This document shows positions 14,756 through 30,951 of a DNA stretch of 64,000 nt, one piece after another. The number at the start of each line of letters is the position of its first letter. Within the stretch, counting starts at the first letter, position 1. The position numbers and the translations under genes were made by a program. The notes beneath the pieces were generated by a model that was given only the letters and a program-made list of their open reading frames with translations, made no database searches and had not been told where the DNA came from. Source of the DNA: Octopus vulgaris (Eukaryota); NCBI GenBank assembly GCA_951406725.2, contig OX597831.1:62310001-62374000 (forward strand), read 5' to 3'.

Positions 14756-16971
14756 TTATATATATTTGCATATGTATGTATGTATAGTATATATGCATGT
14801 ATATACACATATATTTATATATGCATACACACACCCACTCATATCATTATGCCAATATGAGTTAATTCTTTGAACAGGACCTTAGGTATAATACAATTAT
14901 GTATCATGTTTGAGAAAATGGCTCACAATACTGTTTTCTGTTTTAAATTTCATTTACTTGTACCTAACAACTTACAAAAAGAAAAAAGAAATAACAATAA
15001 TGATATCTTTGAAAATGGCTCCATTTTATGTATAGAAAACCAAAGATACGTTCTCTTGTCAACTATTCTTTAACAACGTTTAAAATTCATACATAATTTT
15101 GTAAAGAACACCTGCATTTCTGACCAAAATCTCATGTTCTAATTAGATTTAATCTCTCTTCACATCCTACAGCTATATATTATCTGACGATGAATTATCA
15201 GTTAACTTTCGCTTGCTATCACAGTGAAATATACACACTTGTCGAACGTTACAAGTAGATATCGCAAACAAAGCATTTTAATTTATCATTCTTGTGTTAA
15301 TTTGTTACAACGTCTTAGAAATATTTGTATTTAGGCATTAAAAATGAAAATGCAATTCACAACAAAACTCAATTTATTATTCAGCTGCTAGTATAACAAT
15401 CGTAGCAGTTTCCCTCAGTATTATCTACTAATGCTTTTTTAGAAAATATTTTCTAAAGTACAAACACGCTATTACTTTTCTTATTACATTTGTTGCTGAG
15501 AGTATTTGGAGCAGGAACCAAGCCGATATTTTTTCAGGTCCCTAGTAAGAATACTGGAAGGTACAGATTAATAGACAGATGGAAAATATTTATGCATATA
15601 TTCTTCTGATAAATAGTATTTTGTTGAAAAATCCGGTTAGGGAAAGGGTTTACTCTCATTGGCTGTGATTGGAATGCAGAAAAGGATCTTGCCTTTATTA
15701 ATATAATCATATAAATCTAATAGGCTATTTCAAGAAATCTGTTTTAGATAATATTGATGTGTGAGAATTGCCTTCATAATTTCTATGAAAACGGCAGCCG
15801 AAAATTTTCAAAAGAGAAACAAAGGAAATCTGAATGGTGGTAATGAAAGGTTTCATGGTGGATCGGGAGTAAGCTCTCATATTTGTAAGCTCCCATTAGT
15901 TGCGATTATGGACTTGAAATTATGGTCTGAGTTGACTATAAAGATGTCTTTCCGAGGTATGGAGATTTCGGAGGATAATATTGAGTATACTCGTGAAAAT
16001 GAAACTTAGGATTTTGTTCTTGGCCCGAGATTTGCAGAATTTTCTTTTTCCAATATAGCTGAGTCGTGTGTTCTCATCTGAACTATAATATGCCCTTTGA
16101 CTGATACATACCTCATAAGAGAATGCAAAACTGATATGCTTTATCACGAATATGTCAGTGGCATATGACAGAGAATAGAAAGCTTTTAGAGGAAGTGATA
16201 AAACCCAAAACACTCAGCTGTAAATTAAGAAACATATAGAGTTTGGTGCGTTGGATGCATGGATCACAGGAAGCACAAAATATGATACGTTGAGCCAAAA
16301 GAAAAGCAACAGAACATTGCCCCTCTCTATCAACGTTAAATGCTTTCACGCAGGCTGTGATTGTATATGTAGGTAGCAGAATGATCGATACAAATGCCAG
16401 TCGAAAACTACTATAAGGAATATCTCAGGCTGTACGAGAAATAAAATATAACATTTGTGCAACATCTATTTATAAACGCTCTTTAAATTCTCCTACGATA
16501 TTCTTAGAAACACAATTTTAAATTTTCATATTTTGTAGTATTACATTTCATTATTTTAACTTATGCAAGATATTGATATAAATATTTTGAAATCTAATCG
16601 ATCCTGAATGAGGGATGAATTTCAACTGAAAATTGCTAGAATTGCTACTCTGCCATTAAGACATGGATAAAATCAATGATTCACATACAGAATAAATTGT
16701 AAATCCAGATGCATTCATACGTAATTATGCATTCAGAAAAACTAGCATGTGATATCACGTTAGCAAACTTGTCGATATAGATGTAGAAAGTTATTGAGAG
16801 TAGAAAGGTAGCGTTAAAAATATATGTTATATATGTATGTGTGACTATGTATGTTTAAATCTATGTATAGATATGTATGTATGTATATATATATATACAT
16901 GTATATGTATATATATATGTATATATAAATGTGCGTGCGTATATATCTCTAAATATACATGCATATATATA

Positions 16972-17142
16972 TTCTTTTAGTCTTTTAATTGTTTCAGTCA
17001 TTTGACAGGGGCCATGCTGGGGCACCGCCTTTAGTCGAGCTAATCGACCCGAGGACTTATTATTTGTACGCCTAGCACATATTCCATCAGTCTCTTTTGC
17101 CGAAACGCTAAGTTACGAAGATGTAAACGCACTAGCATTGGT
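16972..17142 (-). mobile_element. SINE 3' fragment (family D)
   Basis: ttgtttcagtcatttgac...gccatgctgg...gcaccgcc...cgaccc...acttatt, shared with 57052-57190. Confidence 0.65.
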
Positions 17143-17560
17143 TTGTCTGATGTTACTTGAATTAAATAGGTATGTTCAAGTTTTTTAAGTGGTCTCAAAT
17201 TTAAAATCTTCAAATGCTGTGCTGAGGAGGAAAATGATCGAATGAAAGTGTGACTTTTGCATTTTTAATCAAATACCGAATGAATTTCGTTGTTTTTCTC
17301 TCTGCCTACGTGAATTGTTTTGAGTCTATGTTGTCCGGGGGTTTCTTCTTATAGTAGAAGAAATAACTAAGTTCTTTGTCTACTATTTCTAAAGTTCGGT
17401 ATGTGGTGAAGCAAAGTCTCTTGCTGAACCCCAATTATAACTATACTCATAATTATAAAAAATGTCTAACTTTACCGAAAATTGTCCTTTTAACATGTCG
17501 AATACTACTTGTTGGAATTATAAATTATTGATGAATTAATTGTAGCATTTATTATTATTG

Positions 17561-17606
<46 letters not shown>

Positions 17607-17840
17607 AGTATGTATTTATGTATGATATATAACTATGTGCGTGTACGTGTGTTTGTGCGCGCGTGTGTGTCTCTGTGTTGGAGTTTGTTCTCTACTGCAG
17701 TTTAACATCTGGTGTTGGTGTGTTTACGACCAGCATAAGCATGCCCTGTAATTCAAGATATGTGGCTTTAAAAGTTTGTGTATAGATACATTCCTGCTAA
17801 CAAAAACACAAATAAACACGCAAATGTACGTGCATTCACA

Positions 17841-17957
<117 letters not shown>

Positions 17958-17964
17958 CCACTAC

Positions 17965-18135
17965 ACACATTTTTTCTCTCCTTGTTTCTCTCCTTGATTT
18001 TCTGTGTCCCTTTCTGTAGAAGAGCGTAGGCTCGAAACGTAAAAGACTTTTTCTATTCCTGTGCGTTATACTAATACATCTGTTTGTTTGGTACACCACC
18101 TGTCTTCGTCTTTTTTTTTCGTAAACTTTCCCTAT
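17965..18135 (+). mobile_element. Related short repeat with degenerate HHR-like motif
   Basis: ctgtaga-a-gagc gtag gctc-GAAA-cgt...gcg-tt, lying between (GATA)n and (TACA)n tracts. Confidence 0.5.
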
Positions 18136-18900
18136 AGATGGATAGATAGATAGATACATACATAGATAGATAGATACATACATACATACATACATAATAC
18201 ATACATACATACATACATACATACATAAATACATATATACATGCGTGCGATTATATATTGTTTGCGTACATGCTTGAAAATATTAATGACTCACATGCAA
18301 TTGATGAAGATATTGTTAGCGTGTGTTGTACTCGTATTACTAATACATTTTTGAAATTGCTATTGCTATGTTTTTGCATAAAAACGATTTGTTCAGTGAT
18401 ATGTTGGTAAAACTAAACGAAGTAACGGACACGAAATTGAAACCATTTATTAGATTAATTTAGTAAAGAAAAAAGGTGAAGGAATATATATTCCCTCGTT
18501 ATCTGGTACTGATCCAAATCGAACACAACGACAATGGTAATAGTCATGATTATATGCGGGATCATATAATTTCTTTGAATGGAAATGCCACTTGAGTTTT
18601 TTGCAGTCTTTTAATCAGCTAAGTGCATCATGTAACTGCATGAGTCTGTCATTGATGTATTGAAGCTAATTAAGAGGAGCAAACCATTTAAGAAGAGAAA
18701 TGCGTGTCATCATTAGAAAATTGCTTCCTAAGCAACATTTTGACATTCCGATTTGTGGTCATGGGTATATATCAATGAAATGTAACTGAATTATGATATG
18801 TGGAACATCATGAAACTGTTAAGCTACGTGAGTTACACATCACACTTTTTGAAGCACTTGCAAGTATATGTACATATGTACATAAATATATATACACACA

Positions 18901-19812
<912 letters not shown>

Positions 19813-19822
19813 TATATATATA

Positions 19823-20904
19823 CTAGCAGTATCGCCCGGCGTTGCTCGGGTTTGTTTCGACCCGCTGGAATTGTAATTTTGAAAAGTAAAAGTTTTGTGA
19901 ACATTTTTCTGGTCGAAATACACCGAAAAGTGGCGACACAGCAGTGAAAAAATCGTAAAAAATAGGGATTTTCATAGAAAAAAGCATCTTTTTGATGTAA
20001 ATAATTTTTGGTGTTAACATGGTCCGATTTGAATTTTATGTTCTACGGAAGGAAGGGCAACCCTTCTTCTACCATACTCTCAATTTTGGTCAACTTGCGC
20101 CGCAGGGTCTCGGAGGAGATAGTGTTAGTTGAAGATTACCATTCTAGGTGCCTGAGTAACAACCTCGCAGATTTACAGATAAATGAATTAATTACTATTT
20201 TACAGAATAAAATTAAATAATTCTTGAAAATTTATTAATATTAATATTTTTTGAACAAAGTAAATAATTTTTAAAACTTAAATAATAATTTTTTTTACAC
20301 AAACGCGAACGGGGAAAAGGGGGTGGCGAATTCGATTTACATACCTAAATTTTTTCTTTTTCATGACATTGTAGCAAAATAGTAGTGAATTATATAAATA
20401 CCAGCAGTACATTTTTTTTTCTGGGGTATTTTCTTTCAACCTCGTCACATATTTGCCCCTTTCAATTTAAACAAAGTCTTAATTAAGCAATTACGGCAGC
20501 TTAGCAATGGTTTCAATACAGGCGTGACATGTGTATCTCACTTGTTCAAAACCCTTCGAATTTTTTCGCACGTGATGATATCATAGTGAAAACTTTCAAT
20601 TACGCGCGCGCAGAAGTACGCTCGCAAATTAATACTACCAAAATTTTGAAGTTCGCGCTCCGCTTGTGTGTGCGTGCGTGCTTTAGGTGTACGTAGGTAT
20701 GTGTTTTTGTGTGTGTGTGTCACTGAAGCCATACATACATATATACATACATAACCTCTCTCTCTTTTTCTCTCTCAGTCACTCACTACAAAAAGTGAAT
20801 AAAAAAAGTTCAGTTATTTCTGTCTTTCACTCTGTCTGTCTCTTTACACACACTAACAAAAGCACTTCACTTACACACCACACTTTCTGTGTCGCACAAC
20901 CCAT

Positions 20905-20947
<43 letters not shown>

Positions 20948-21489
20948 GCACGCACACATGTACATCAATGCTTTCGGAGTGAAATGTTAAAATATTGAGT
21001 TTTCTCGAATTTTGTCTTAATTGGGGGTGAAATTGAAAGAAATATATTATGGCATGACCGAATGGAGTACTTTGAAAAATCTTAGGTAAACTCTAATTGA
21101 AGAAATTGTGTGAGGAGTAAATCGTTATATATTTATTTGTTTCTGTTTGCTGTGTTTTTTTATTTTTTGAGTAGTGGTTTAAATACTTTCAGTTTAGTCT
21201 TCCTCAAATCACTCTGTCGCTATTTACTTTCATTTTATTCGTTGCACACTGTGTGTGTGCGTGTGCGTGTGGTGTAAACCACATTAAGAAAAGCATTTGA
21301 CATACACACCAGAATGTGAGTTTTCTGTAAATTTTGCTTAATTGGAGTTTAAATTTTAAAAACTGGACCTGGCATGACCCGATGCATTCTACTCTTAAAA
21401 ATGCTAGGTAAATTGTAATTGAAGAAATCCTATATTGTAGATTTCTATAAGTTACAAAGGGAGGCAGATAAAATCTGCCTTTTATAATA

Positions 21490-21492
<3 letters not shown>
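19823..21492 (-). mobile_element. Non-autonomous Helitron-like element
   Basis: Minus strand has 5' A|TC at 21492, subterminal hairpin cccgagcaacgccggg (19835-19850) and 3' CTAG|T at 19823. Inserted in (TA)n. Confidence 0.75.
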
Positions 21493-21553
<61 letters not shown>

Positions 21554-21959
21554 AGAATATAGGGAATAGTGTGGCATTTTGATCGAATTCTCAGCGAGTT
21601 AACACAGGATCTCATCACGACAGTGCAAACATTATGCAATCAAGGTAGACTTGGCCTGAAAAGTAGCTTGCGGTCTTCCCCACCTTTGGATAATTACTGC
21701 TTCAAAGGTTCTGTTTGCTATGAAATATATATAGCCTGGATTTTATCAACTCCATTCCCTAATTTTGGGATATTTATTCAAATATACAGCAACCCTATAA
21801 ACTAATCCGTTTTCCTCTTATCGTGCCTTGATACGGAATAAACTGAAAAACCTTCTGCGACAATACACTACTATTGTACCTGAAAGTTGTTTTTTATAGA
21901 TTTTTTAATTACCAGGGTGGCAACATTGTGCAGGTTCGTTGCTGAATGGATCTTTAGAT

Positions 21960-22200
21960 ATGGAGGATTATTGTTCTCAGTCATCTAGGCCTCTACTCCC
22001 TTATGTGATCGAGGCATAGCGTGAAACTGGTGTCGGAACTTGAAGCACAATCCAGAGGCACTATACAAAGGGGATTGACTCGGCGAAACAGATGAGCTAC
22101 AGGGAAAGGCTACAAGAACTGGAGATCTCCTCCAGGGCGAGAAGGCGAGAAATGCATGCAATAATATACATATGGAAGATGTACTGGTGGGCAAAACTGA
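21960..22200 (+). pseudogene. CR1/L2-group LINE ORF2 C-terminal fragment
   Basis: IQRHYTKGIDS.KQMSYRERLQELEISSRARRREMHAIIYIWK resembles the conserved LSYxERLxxL...RRR motif. Confidence 0.7.
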
Positions 22201-23643
22201 CCAGAAATTTCAGTTGATCTTAGTTGATCCGGGCCTGGTTCGTACCATATACACTTGCACGCCCTTGCATACATCTAATACTCATGTGCTTAGATCTGTT
22301 TGGTATATGACATTCACATTTTTATCATCAACGGTAATAAGAGACGGCTTCGTAACCGGTATGAATTAAAGCCTGAAGCGCATTGAAAAATGTGTACGTA
22401 AGGATGAAAAGAAGATAACCGATGAAAGATCGGGAAAGAAGGAAGCGGGAAAATAACACTAAAACAAATTGGAGAAGGAGAAAACTAACGCGTTATGGTA
22501 ATGTTGAGCATGATATTTTCTCTTTTAATGCATACAGTTTTCCATTTTAGCCGCTGTTGTGTGAAATTGCATTTTATCTTACATCAGAAAAGCAAACAAT
22601 TCTAAATAATTTAAAACTTTATTGCCTTATTTGTTAATCAGAATTTTTATACTTAGTTGTACGTTTATTGAGTAACCATATCAAATCCCACTTTAATCTC
22701 ATGATTTACCGAGTTAAGGCAATCTCTATGCACTCGTTCGACCTACTAGAAATACCAGCTAAATATTCTTTAATGCACATGCCATTTTTTAATTAAGATC
22801 ATGTTAGGTAATGTAATTTTAGAAAATCTATATCTGCATAAAATCAGTATTTATCGTGAGGAGTAGCACGGCTTTGATTCTAAGCCTGCTCTTTCACTGC
22901 CTGTTTTAGACTAAACTCAACAACAACAGTTAGATATACTATGATATAAAATATAAACCACTGTAGGTGCAAGTGCCATAAAAATATGTCTTGTTAATAA
23001 GTCAACTGCTCAAGAGTGTAGTGAAACGAAATTGCGAAGAGAAATTTGCGCGATGTACGTCATAAACGCATTGCTGTTATTTTATTGTCATGCAGATCCC
23101 TGATATATTGGTTTCATGGGAATAATAAAATTACCAATAGTTAAGACAGATTTATATTTGCAATAACATTTACTGACATGGATATTGTCCCCCACGAAAA
23201 CTTTGTTCTTTAGTGTCAGAACAATTGCATGTATAATACAAATTTCATATCACATGTCAGCAGTAAATATTCTATAAAATCAGTTTATTCTTTAATCAAG
23301 GTGTACATCTCTGATATTGTGAGATTTGGGATAGTATACCACTGCTTCGGTTTCTTATTAGAGTTCGACCACGAACGTGTGTACATTGTGTATATGTGCG
23401 CATGTGGATGCTATGGCTTAGTGTGTAACATATTGGATTATTGCTTTTTCCACTCCGGAACATACAAGCTTAGTATTGAGATGACAATGATCCGATACAG
23501 GGGGCAATGTTTGCCGCTACTATTTGCTGATTCTTGGATTATCGAAATAGCATACGGAGGAACAGGCAGAGTTATTTTACGATGAGGAACATTTTTATTG
23601 TAGTTGTGATTTCCCTGCAGAATTCTAACCATATCCAATATCT

Positions 23644-23674
<31 letters not shown>

Positions 23675-23762
23675 CTATTATCATCATGATCATGATAATC
23701 AAGAAAATCATGATCGTCATCATCATCATCGTCGTTGTCGTCGTCATCATCATCATCATCAT
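23644..23762. repeat. Imperfect (CAT)n microsatellite
   Basis: Direct reading. Confidence 0.9.
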
Positions 23763-24548
23763 TTTCGTAAGTATGGTCACCATAATTAATATAAACTTCT
23801 AAAATGATAAACTGCTACAATATAATGGCAATGGAGATTAGAGGATAACTGCAAACCCACATTTAGCATTCAAAATATCAATGAGTCATTTTATCTATAT
23901 ACACTGAATCTGAATAACATGTTCTTCACTATTTGCCCGTGCGATTCCCAAAACATTTTTCGCCAAACTGGTTTCCCTATATTAACAGGCTGTACTTCTG
24001 TAATTGAAATATAATAAAAGACATATTTTACTCCAATATTTTCTTCTCCATGTACGACAGGTAAAAGAAATTCAGTTTTTGACAATATTTTTAGAAAATA
24101 CAATTTATTTTTGTGATACAATCACAACCTCCATTAGTTGCGATATTACAACAAAATTAGATTTAAGATGAGCAATGTATAAATCATATCTAATTATCAT
24201 CATGTATATATTTCTGGGAGAAACCTACGGAATGTAATCATATATATATATTCTTACTTTATATATGCGTGTGTGTACGTATATATATATATATATATAT
24301 ACACAAATACTCACATATATCTATACATATAAATATATATATAAATGAAAAGAGAAACGTTCATATATACACACAAGCATGTGTATATTTATATATGTAC
24401 ACACATTTATAAATATGTATCTTTGTAATTTGTTTATTGTAGATGTCCGCCAGTATCGTGTCGCATTTGTGTGTGTGTAAATATTTTTGTGATATCAATA
24501 CTGCTTAGTAAGTAACTGAATTAGGAGTAACAGTCTAAGAAGATACTG

Positions 24549-24582
<34 letters not shown>

Positions 24583-24730
24583 TGAGAGAGAGAGAGAGGA
24601 AGAGAGAGAGAGAAACTAGCTGGACACGTTAAATCTTCACGAAAAATATTTTTTAAATATGTATGCATCTGTGAATTGTGTGCTGGTGCCATGAGAAACG
24701 TCTCTATGTATTGTTACAGTTAAGGGCAAT

Positions 24731-24947
24731 AAGGGCAAAGAGCTGGCAGAATCGTTAGCACGTCGGACAAAATGCTTAACAGTATTTCGTCTGTTTTTAT
24801 GTTCTGAGGTCAAATTCTGCCGAGGTCGAATTTGCCATTTATACTTTCGTGGTCGATAAATTAAATTTCAGATGTGTACTGGGGTTGATTTAATCGACTG
24901 GGCATCCACCAGCAAAAATTGCAAGACTTGTGCCTTTAGTAGAAAAG
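24731..24947 (+). mobile_element. tRNA-derived SINE (family B)
   Basis: Colinear with the 5' two-thirds of 13546-13779. Confidence 0.8.
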
Positions 24948-27004
24948 TAACTTGCGACAGGTACATTATATAGAAAGCAGTGTAAAACCGATAACTATAT
25001 AATCGAACCAAAATATCTCAGTAACGCAACGTAAACGTACCATGTAGCCTTAAAATACAGCGTACAGAGGACCTTCTTGGTTTAGTGTTACGGAGCGTTC
25101 TTTTTTCTCCTATTCTTTTATTCTTTTATATATATACTGGTATACAGCGTTAATAAAAGAATAACAAGCCCACTATAGAGATAACAGCATACAAACCCAC
25201 GTTTTGCTGGCCGATCCCGTTATCCGAAAATTACTTCTCAATGTACTCAAAATATTTCTTTCGAAACTTTGGCGCTGCTTTGTCCTCGCAGATGTACGCA
25301 TACATATCTATACTTTAGAGAAAAATGTGCCACAGCAGGAAATAAGTCATCTGTAATTTAAATAACAAGGTATATAGCAAGAAACTGCTTATTTTCATAA
25401 CTATACATCATTCCGTGTGTGATTTCTTGTTCCGATAGCTTCTTATTGCATCTCTAAATCGTAGCTTTTATTGAATAATCTACACTCAATCAACACTGCT
25501 GTACTTCAGTTGCAATATTTTCTAAAATTCTCTTCCTTCTGCACAGGTTTATTTAGCGCTTCTGACAACGACGGCCGCTCTTTTACAGAGAGTAATTGGA
25601 ATTTATTCCATTGTAACTATACTCAACCATGCGCTACACACACGGATCATAAACACCGCACATTGTACCGGCATAGATTCGCTAAATGGATCACTGAAAA
25701 ACAAGCCCAGCGGGTCACTGCTAATCTTTTCGCTTTTAACAGCGGAGACCTTAAGATTTAATCATAAATAGAAAGAAACGTTGCGCTATACAACCTTTTA
25801 ATCATGATCAACTGTCAATTGGAGCCCTTAAGCTTAGACATTTCCCGGCGAAAACACGCATTCTTCACATTGCTTGGACGATATCAAAAATATTGGTCTA
25901 CGAAAGCATTTGTCTTCGGGGTCTACGAATATTTCAGCTCCAAAATACATTTGAGATCCACTTGACATTATTTTTTGCAAATCCGGATTAGTGCTGTCGA
26001 GCACGGAGATGCTGGGTTTTAACCAGAGAAATAAATCTTGACTGGCATTCAATCTCTCAGACGCACACCACCTCCTTTTGCCCACATGCATTTCGTTTTA
26101 CGCCCTAATTTTTTTATTGATAGCATAATAGTCTATATTCCTCAAAAATGGATGGTCTTCTACGTATTCGACTCTATCACCAACGACAACATACGTCCAT
26201 CTACTTCTTACCCCAAATTTTATACACAGCCCTCATGTACTCGTTGTAACCACAACGCTCCGTCATTCATTTTTAGAATATTGGCGTCCTAGACTATTCA
26301 CTCTGCTAATATCTGTCATGCTGTAATTGAATTTCATAAGTTAACATGGAACATTAACTGCATCCAAATCACGACCTGCAAATTGCGTCGATACTCACTT
26401 CCAGAGACAGTATGTTAAAAAAAGAAAAAAAGGAAACTGAACTGTATTCTGTGTAATAAACGGTAACATATTTCTTACTCGCAAGGTAGCAACGAAATAT
26501 ATAACGATCATTGGGAATAAAGAATGTCGCAACACATTACATCCTTGCGCATAAATAATATAATAAAATATGAAACTTTTATGTGAAATCCTACTTTTAA
26601 TAAACATCTGATAATTAACATACTAATCATAGATTTAGTGATAAAGTCGTGTATCAAGAGACACTGACAAATTCCTTATTTTTTGCTGTATATTGAAATT
26701 TCGTAACAATAAAGACAGCCTGTAATTCTCCAATATACAATAGAATAATTTTTGAGGGAATAAAATAAAGGAATATTGGAATATTGGAATATGCGTAGTA
26801 AAAAAAAAAATCAATAACGAAAACCAAATGTCTTTCGATAATATATACATGTAGATAAAGAAGTATGTATTTTGTTTAGTAACAACACATCTATACTTAA
26901 CATTTAACGTTAAAATATTGCAACAGAGAAACATCCTAATTAACTGTACAGAAAATACTATGTAAACATTGATAACATCAATCATGGTTGTCAATATATA
27001 TTAT

Positions 27005-27152
27005 AGATGTGGCTCTGTGGTAAGCAGCCTGCTTCCCAACCACATGTATGCGGGTTCAGTCCCACTGCGTAGCACCTTTTTCGAGTGACTTCTCAGGCTA
27101 ACCAAAGCCTTGTGGGGGAGTTGGTAGACGGAAACTGAAAATAGCCCGTCGT
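27005..27152 (+). mobile_element. tRNA-derived SINE (family C), uninterrupted copy
   Basis: tggctctgtggtaag...gggttcagtcccactgcg...ggtagacggaaactgaa. Serves as the empty-site reference for the split copy at 57266-59527. Confidence 0.8.
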
Positions 27153-27182
27153 AATTATATATATACATATATATATATATAT

Positions 27183-27378
27183 ATTTATTTTATAGAAGGA
27201 GCTTCTACAGGACTAGAACTGTTTCATTCAGAAGAAATCATCAGGAAGCTTCCTGATGATTTCTTCTGAATGTAAAAAGTTCTAGTCCTGTAGAAGCTCC
27301 TTCTATAAAATAAATTAATTTAATCTGCTATGTATTGAGTACCTTATTTACTGTGGTTAACCCGGACTCAACCCAGGA

Positions 27379-27380
<2 letters not shown>
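27183..27380. mobile_element. Solo PLE pseudo-LTR fragment of the same family as the intact element, as a fold-back with two opposed HHR copies
   Basis: Near-perfect palindrome 27183-27315 centred on ggaagcttcc. The right arm continues to 27380, matching the reverse complement of ~34696-34770. Embedded in (TA)n. Confidence 0.85.
27200..27250 (-). ncRNA. Minimal type I hammerhead ribozyme (intact copy of the palindrome)
   Basis: agcttc-CTGATGA-tttc ttct gaat-GAAA-cag ttctagtc ctg-TA-gaagct. The + strand copy (27247-27298) has GAAACAG mutated to GTAAAAAG. Confidence 0.82.
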
Positions 27381-27434
<54 letters not shown>

Positions 27435-27435
<1 letters not shown>

Positions 27436-27637
27436 GTGACCGCGTGTGTACCGTTGGCGAATGTTTTCCTCCGTCTTCCCTTCTTTGGATCTTTCCTTTT
27501 CCTATGTTTCTGAAGAAGAGCTCCGCTCGAAACGTTAAACCCCCCTTCTTCCCTTCCTTCCTGAGCGTCCAATAATACTATATTTCTTCCACGTCCTCGC
27601 GTTGTTGTGTTTTCTCTTTCTGTTTTCATGTTTGGAT

Positions 27638-27642
<5 letters not shown>
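27435..27642 (+). mobile_element. ~200-bp (TA)n-embedded repeat with HHR-like motif (27503-27575)
   Basis: tgttt-CTGAAGA-a-gagc tcc gctc-GAAA-cgtt...agcg-TC-caata. Homologous to 18950-19152 (-) and 55706-55900 (+). Confidence 0.7.
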
Positions 27643-27719
<77 letters not shown>

Positions 27720-27726
<7 letters not shown>

Positions 27727-29333
27727 CCATGTCTGTGTGTTCTCAATGCACGCTCAAACCTCTGGACCAATATGTACAATACTTGGGGTACATGAATAAT
27801 TTGACCTTGGAAAAATATTATGGTCTTGAATCTTTTTCTTTATTTTATTAAAAATAAATAAATATTGCTTTATACATAAAGATTCACTTCTTCAAATCGT
27901 TTTCTGAAATTCCTGTCTTTGGCATCTTGACGTAGAAACTAAGTTTCAGCTTACCGTATTTGAATTCCTTACCAGCTATTTGCACACACGTGTATGTATA
28001 CATCATTATAACTATGACGATTTCTAATAAAGGATTTCAAAAGATACTTTCATGTGACCAAAAATATTTCATACGCAGATAATTTCCCTGATTTTCCCAT
28101 ACATATTTCGGACATTTTTGGAATACATCACCTTATTAACACATGGTGTTTAGTTGTGAGGATTTCAAATAAAAAGGATTTGTAAAGGTACTTTCATTTT
28201 TTATATTTTACAGATTTTTTCTCCCCGAATTTGGATGGTCATAACTTTTGCTTAAATTTTACGGCTACGGTTAAGGGTTGTATACAAATGCACAAACGCA
28301 CAAAACGGAGAAAACGAAACAGATATGGACGACTTCTTTCGAAACACTCTCCAGCCGTGAACAGTTCTCAAAAATAATCCCCGATTGTCTTCCCCAAAAT
28401 TCTATATGCTCGGAATCTACATAGTCCGAAGAATATTTGTAGACAATTGCATTTAGAAATATCCATTTTCCTGAAATTTAAGACACAATGAAGTGGACTC
28501 TGGTGAATTTACCGACAATCCTACCCCCACCTCTTCCTAAAACACTTCCCCCAAACAATTTGTATATTCGGAATATACTTGATATAACACATATTCGTAG
28601 AACATTTCATTGAAAAATATCCCTTTCTCTGAAATTTATAATGAAACAAATTCGGGTGCGGAGCAGAAATTTAATAAACAAGTCTCAAGAATAGTCTCTC
28701 AAGGTTGTTGAACTTCACTTTGCTTCTCCTTGCTTCTCTCATGGGAAAATATATATACGATGTTCGCGATTTGGAAGCCTCAAGATCTTTTCATTTATAC
28801 ACCAGTTAAAGGACACACCCGAAACAACGTATATTCACAAGCTCTAGATAATTAAACTGCGATTGATTTCCGGATGTATTTCAATATATGTGTTTATACT
28901 GGCGTCATCTGATAGAATCGTCCGCCGGTCTGTTCTTCTCAAATTTATGCATTTGCAGGTTCAACATGTTTCAAATAAGTACTGACAATTGAAGGTAATT
29001 GCAAAGACAAGGAACTACCTGTTTTTTTTAACAATTTTTACAGAGAGAACATTTGACAAAATGTGTTATTCCCCTTAATAATTTGTACCTCAGGTTAATT
29101 ACAGTTGAGAACTGCATATTTCATGGTTCATTCCACTTAGAAATTTAAAAGGCATACTTACATTTCGTTAATTTTCACTAATCAGGGAAACACCGGGTTA
29201 TTAACGTATAAATTTGGTATGTCAGCTATTAGAAGGTAAGACCTGCGTAGATTATATTTCATGTTAGAGATCTAAAAGACCTTTTTGAATTTCATTATCT
29301 AGTTTAACCCGGGCAACGCCGGGTATTTCAGCT

Positions 29334-29335
<2 letters not shown>
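27720..29335 (+). mobile_element. Non-autonomous Helitron-like element
   Basis: 3' hairpin acccgggcaacgccgggt + CTTG (degenerate CTAG), similar to the 19835 terminus. Bounded by (TA)n, with an approximate 5' boundary. Confidence 0.55.
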
Positions 29336-29379
<44 letters not shown>

Positions 29380-29380
<1 letters not shown>

Positions 29381-29767
29381 TATATAGAAGGAGCTTCTAC
29401 AGGACTAGTACTGTTTCATTCAAGAGAAATCTTCAGGAAGCTATTTAACAAGAATTGTATTAGCATTTATACATTTAGGCAGGTTTAAAGGAGTGGTGGT
29501 GGGGGACTTTTTGGGGGTAGGCATAGCGCAAAATATCATACTTGGGGGAGTGGTCAAGGAGTCAGTGGTAAGTTAGATGAAAGAATAGATAAATAAAAAA
29601 ATATAAAAATAAAAAAATTAAAAATATATATAAAAAATATATATATAAAAATATATATATAAAAAAAGGGGGGATAGAGTTATAGGTAAATAAGGAGATT
29701 CTCACTTATACCTATACACACATGTATACGTATCTACACACACATATATATATACACATATATATAT

Positions 29768-29818
<51 letters not shown>

Positions 29819-30262
29819 CACACATACATACATATCTACATACACACATACATACACCCGCCCACATATACAAATTTATACACATGCACATGCCTATACC
29901 TGTCTACACATACACACACGTATATATGCATACACTCACTCCCATGCATGCACGCATACACACATGTATATATATATATATACCCACGACCACACATACA
30001 TATATACACATAAAAATATATATTCATACGCACATACACTCATGCACACACAACACACCTAGTTCCCTATATACACATATTTACACCTATATATACATAC
30101 ACCCACATACACCTATGTACATATATATATATATATATATATACATATACACGCATACATATATATACATGTGTGCACATACATACATACACACATATAT
30201 ACATACACATACACATACACATGTGTACCTATACATACCTACACATACACACATACATACAT

Positions 30263-30297
<35 letters not shown>

Positions 30298-30914
30298 CCA
30301 ATACAGGCCCATTCCCTAATTTTAATTTTATTATCTTCATTTATTACTTTTGTTATCTTTGATCGCTAGAGCTAAGAATCCTGGCAATGGCTGCATGTCC
30401 ATTTGTTTGTCTACTAGAAGGCAAGTACTCATTCCCGCACGCACACTCATTAGCACGTACATTCACCCATTCGTACACTCATACACATACACGTACGCAC
30501 GCGTTATATTCATACATACAAACATCTACATACGTTCACGTATATACACATACGTACTCGTACCTACAGATTCGTGTCTACACTTTAGGAGGCTAGTCTA
30601 TACATATACACCAATAAATATACATATATATATATGTACACACATATACATACACACACACATATATACTCCTACATACAGATACATACCTATATATATA
30701 TATATATATATAAATACATATATATATACATACATACACACATACACACATACATATACACATACATACATACACATATATATACATACACAAACATATA
30801 TACACACATATATATATACATACACACATACACACATACATACGTATACATACATACATACATCCATACATCCATACTTACATGCATTTATACGCATACA
30901 CACACCCATCTATA

Positions 30915-30951
<37 letters not shown>

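Noticed and set aside
25440-26400. GC-richer block with several short ORFs
   Set aside because: No motif recognised in any frame I read. Possibly an old repeat.
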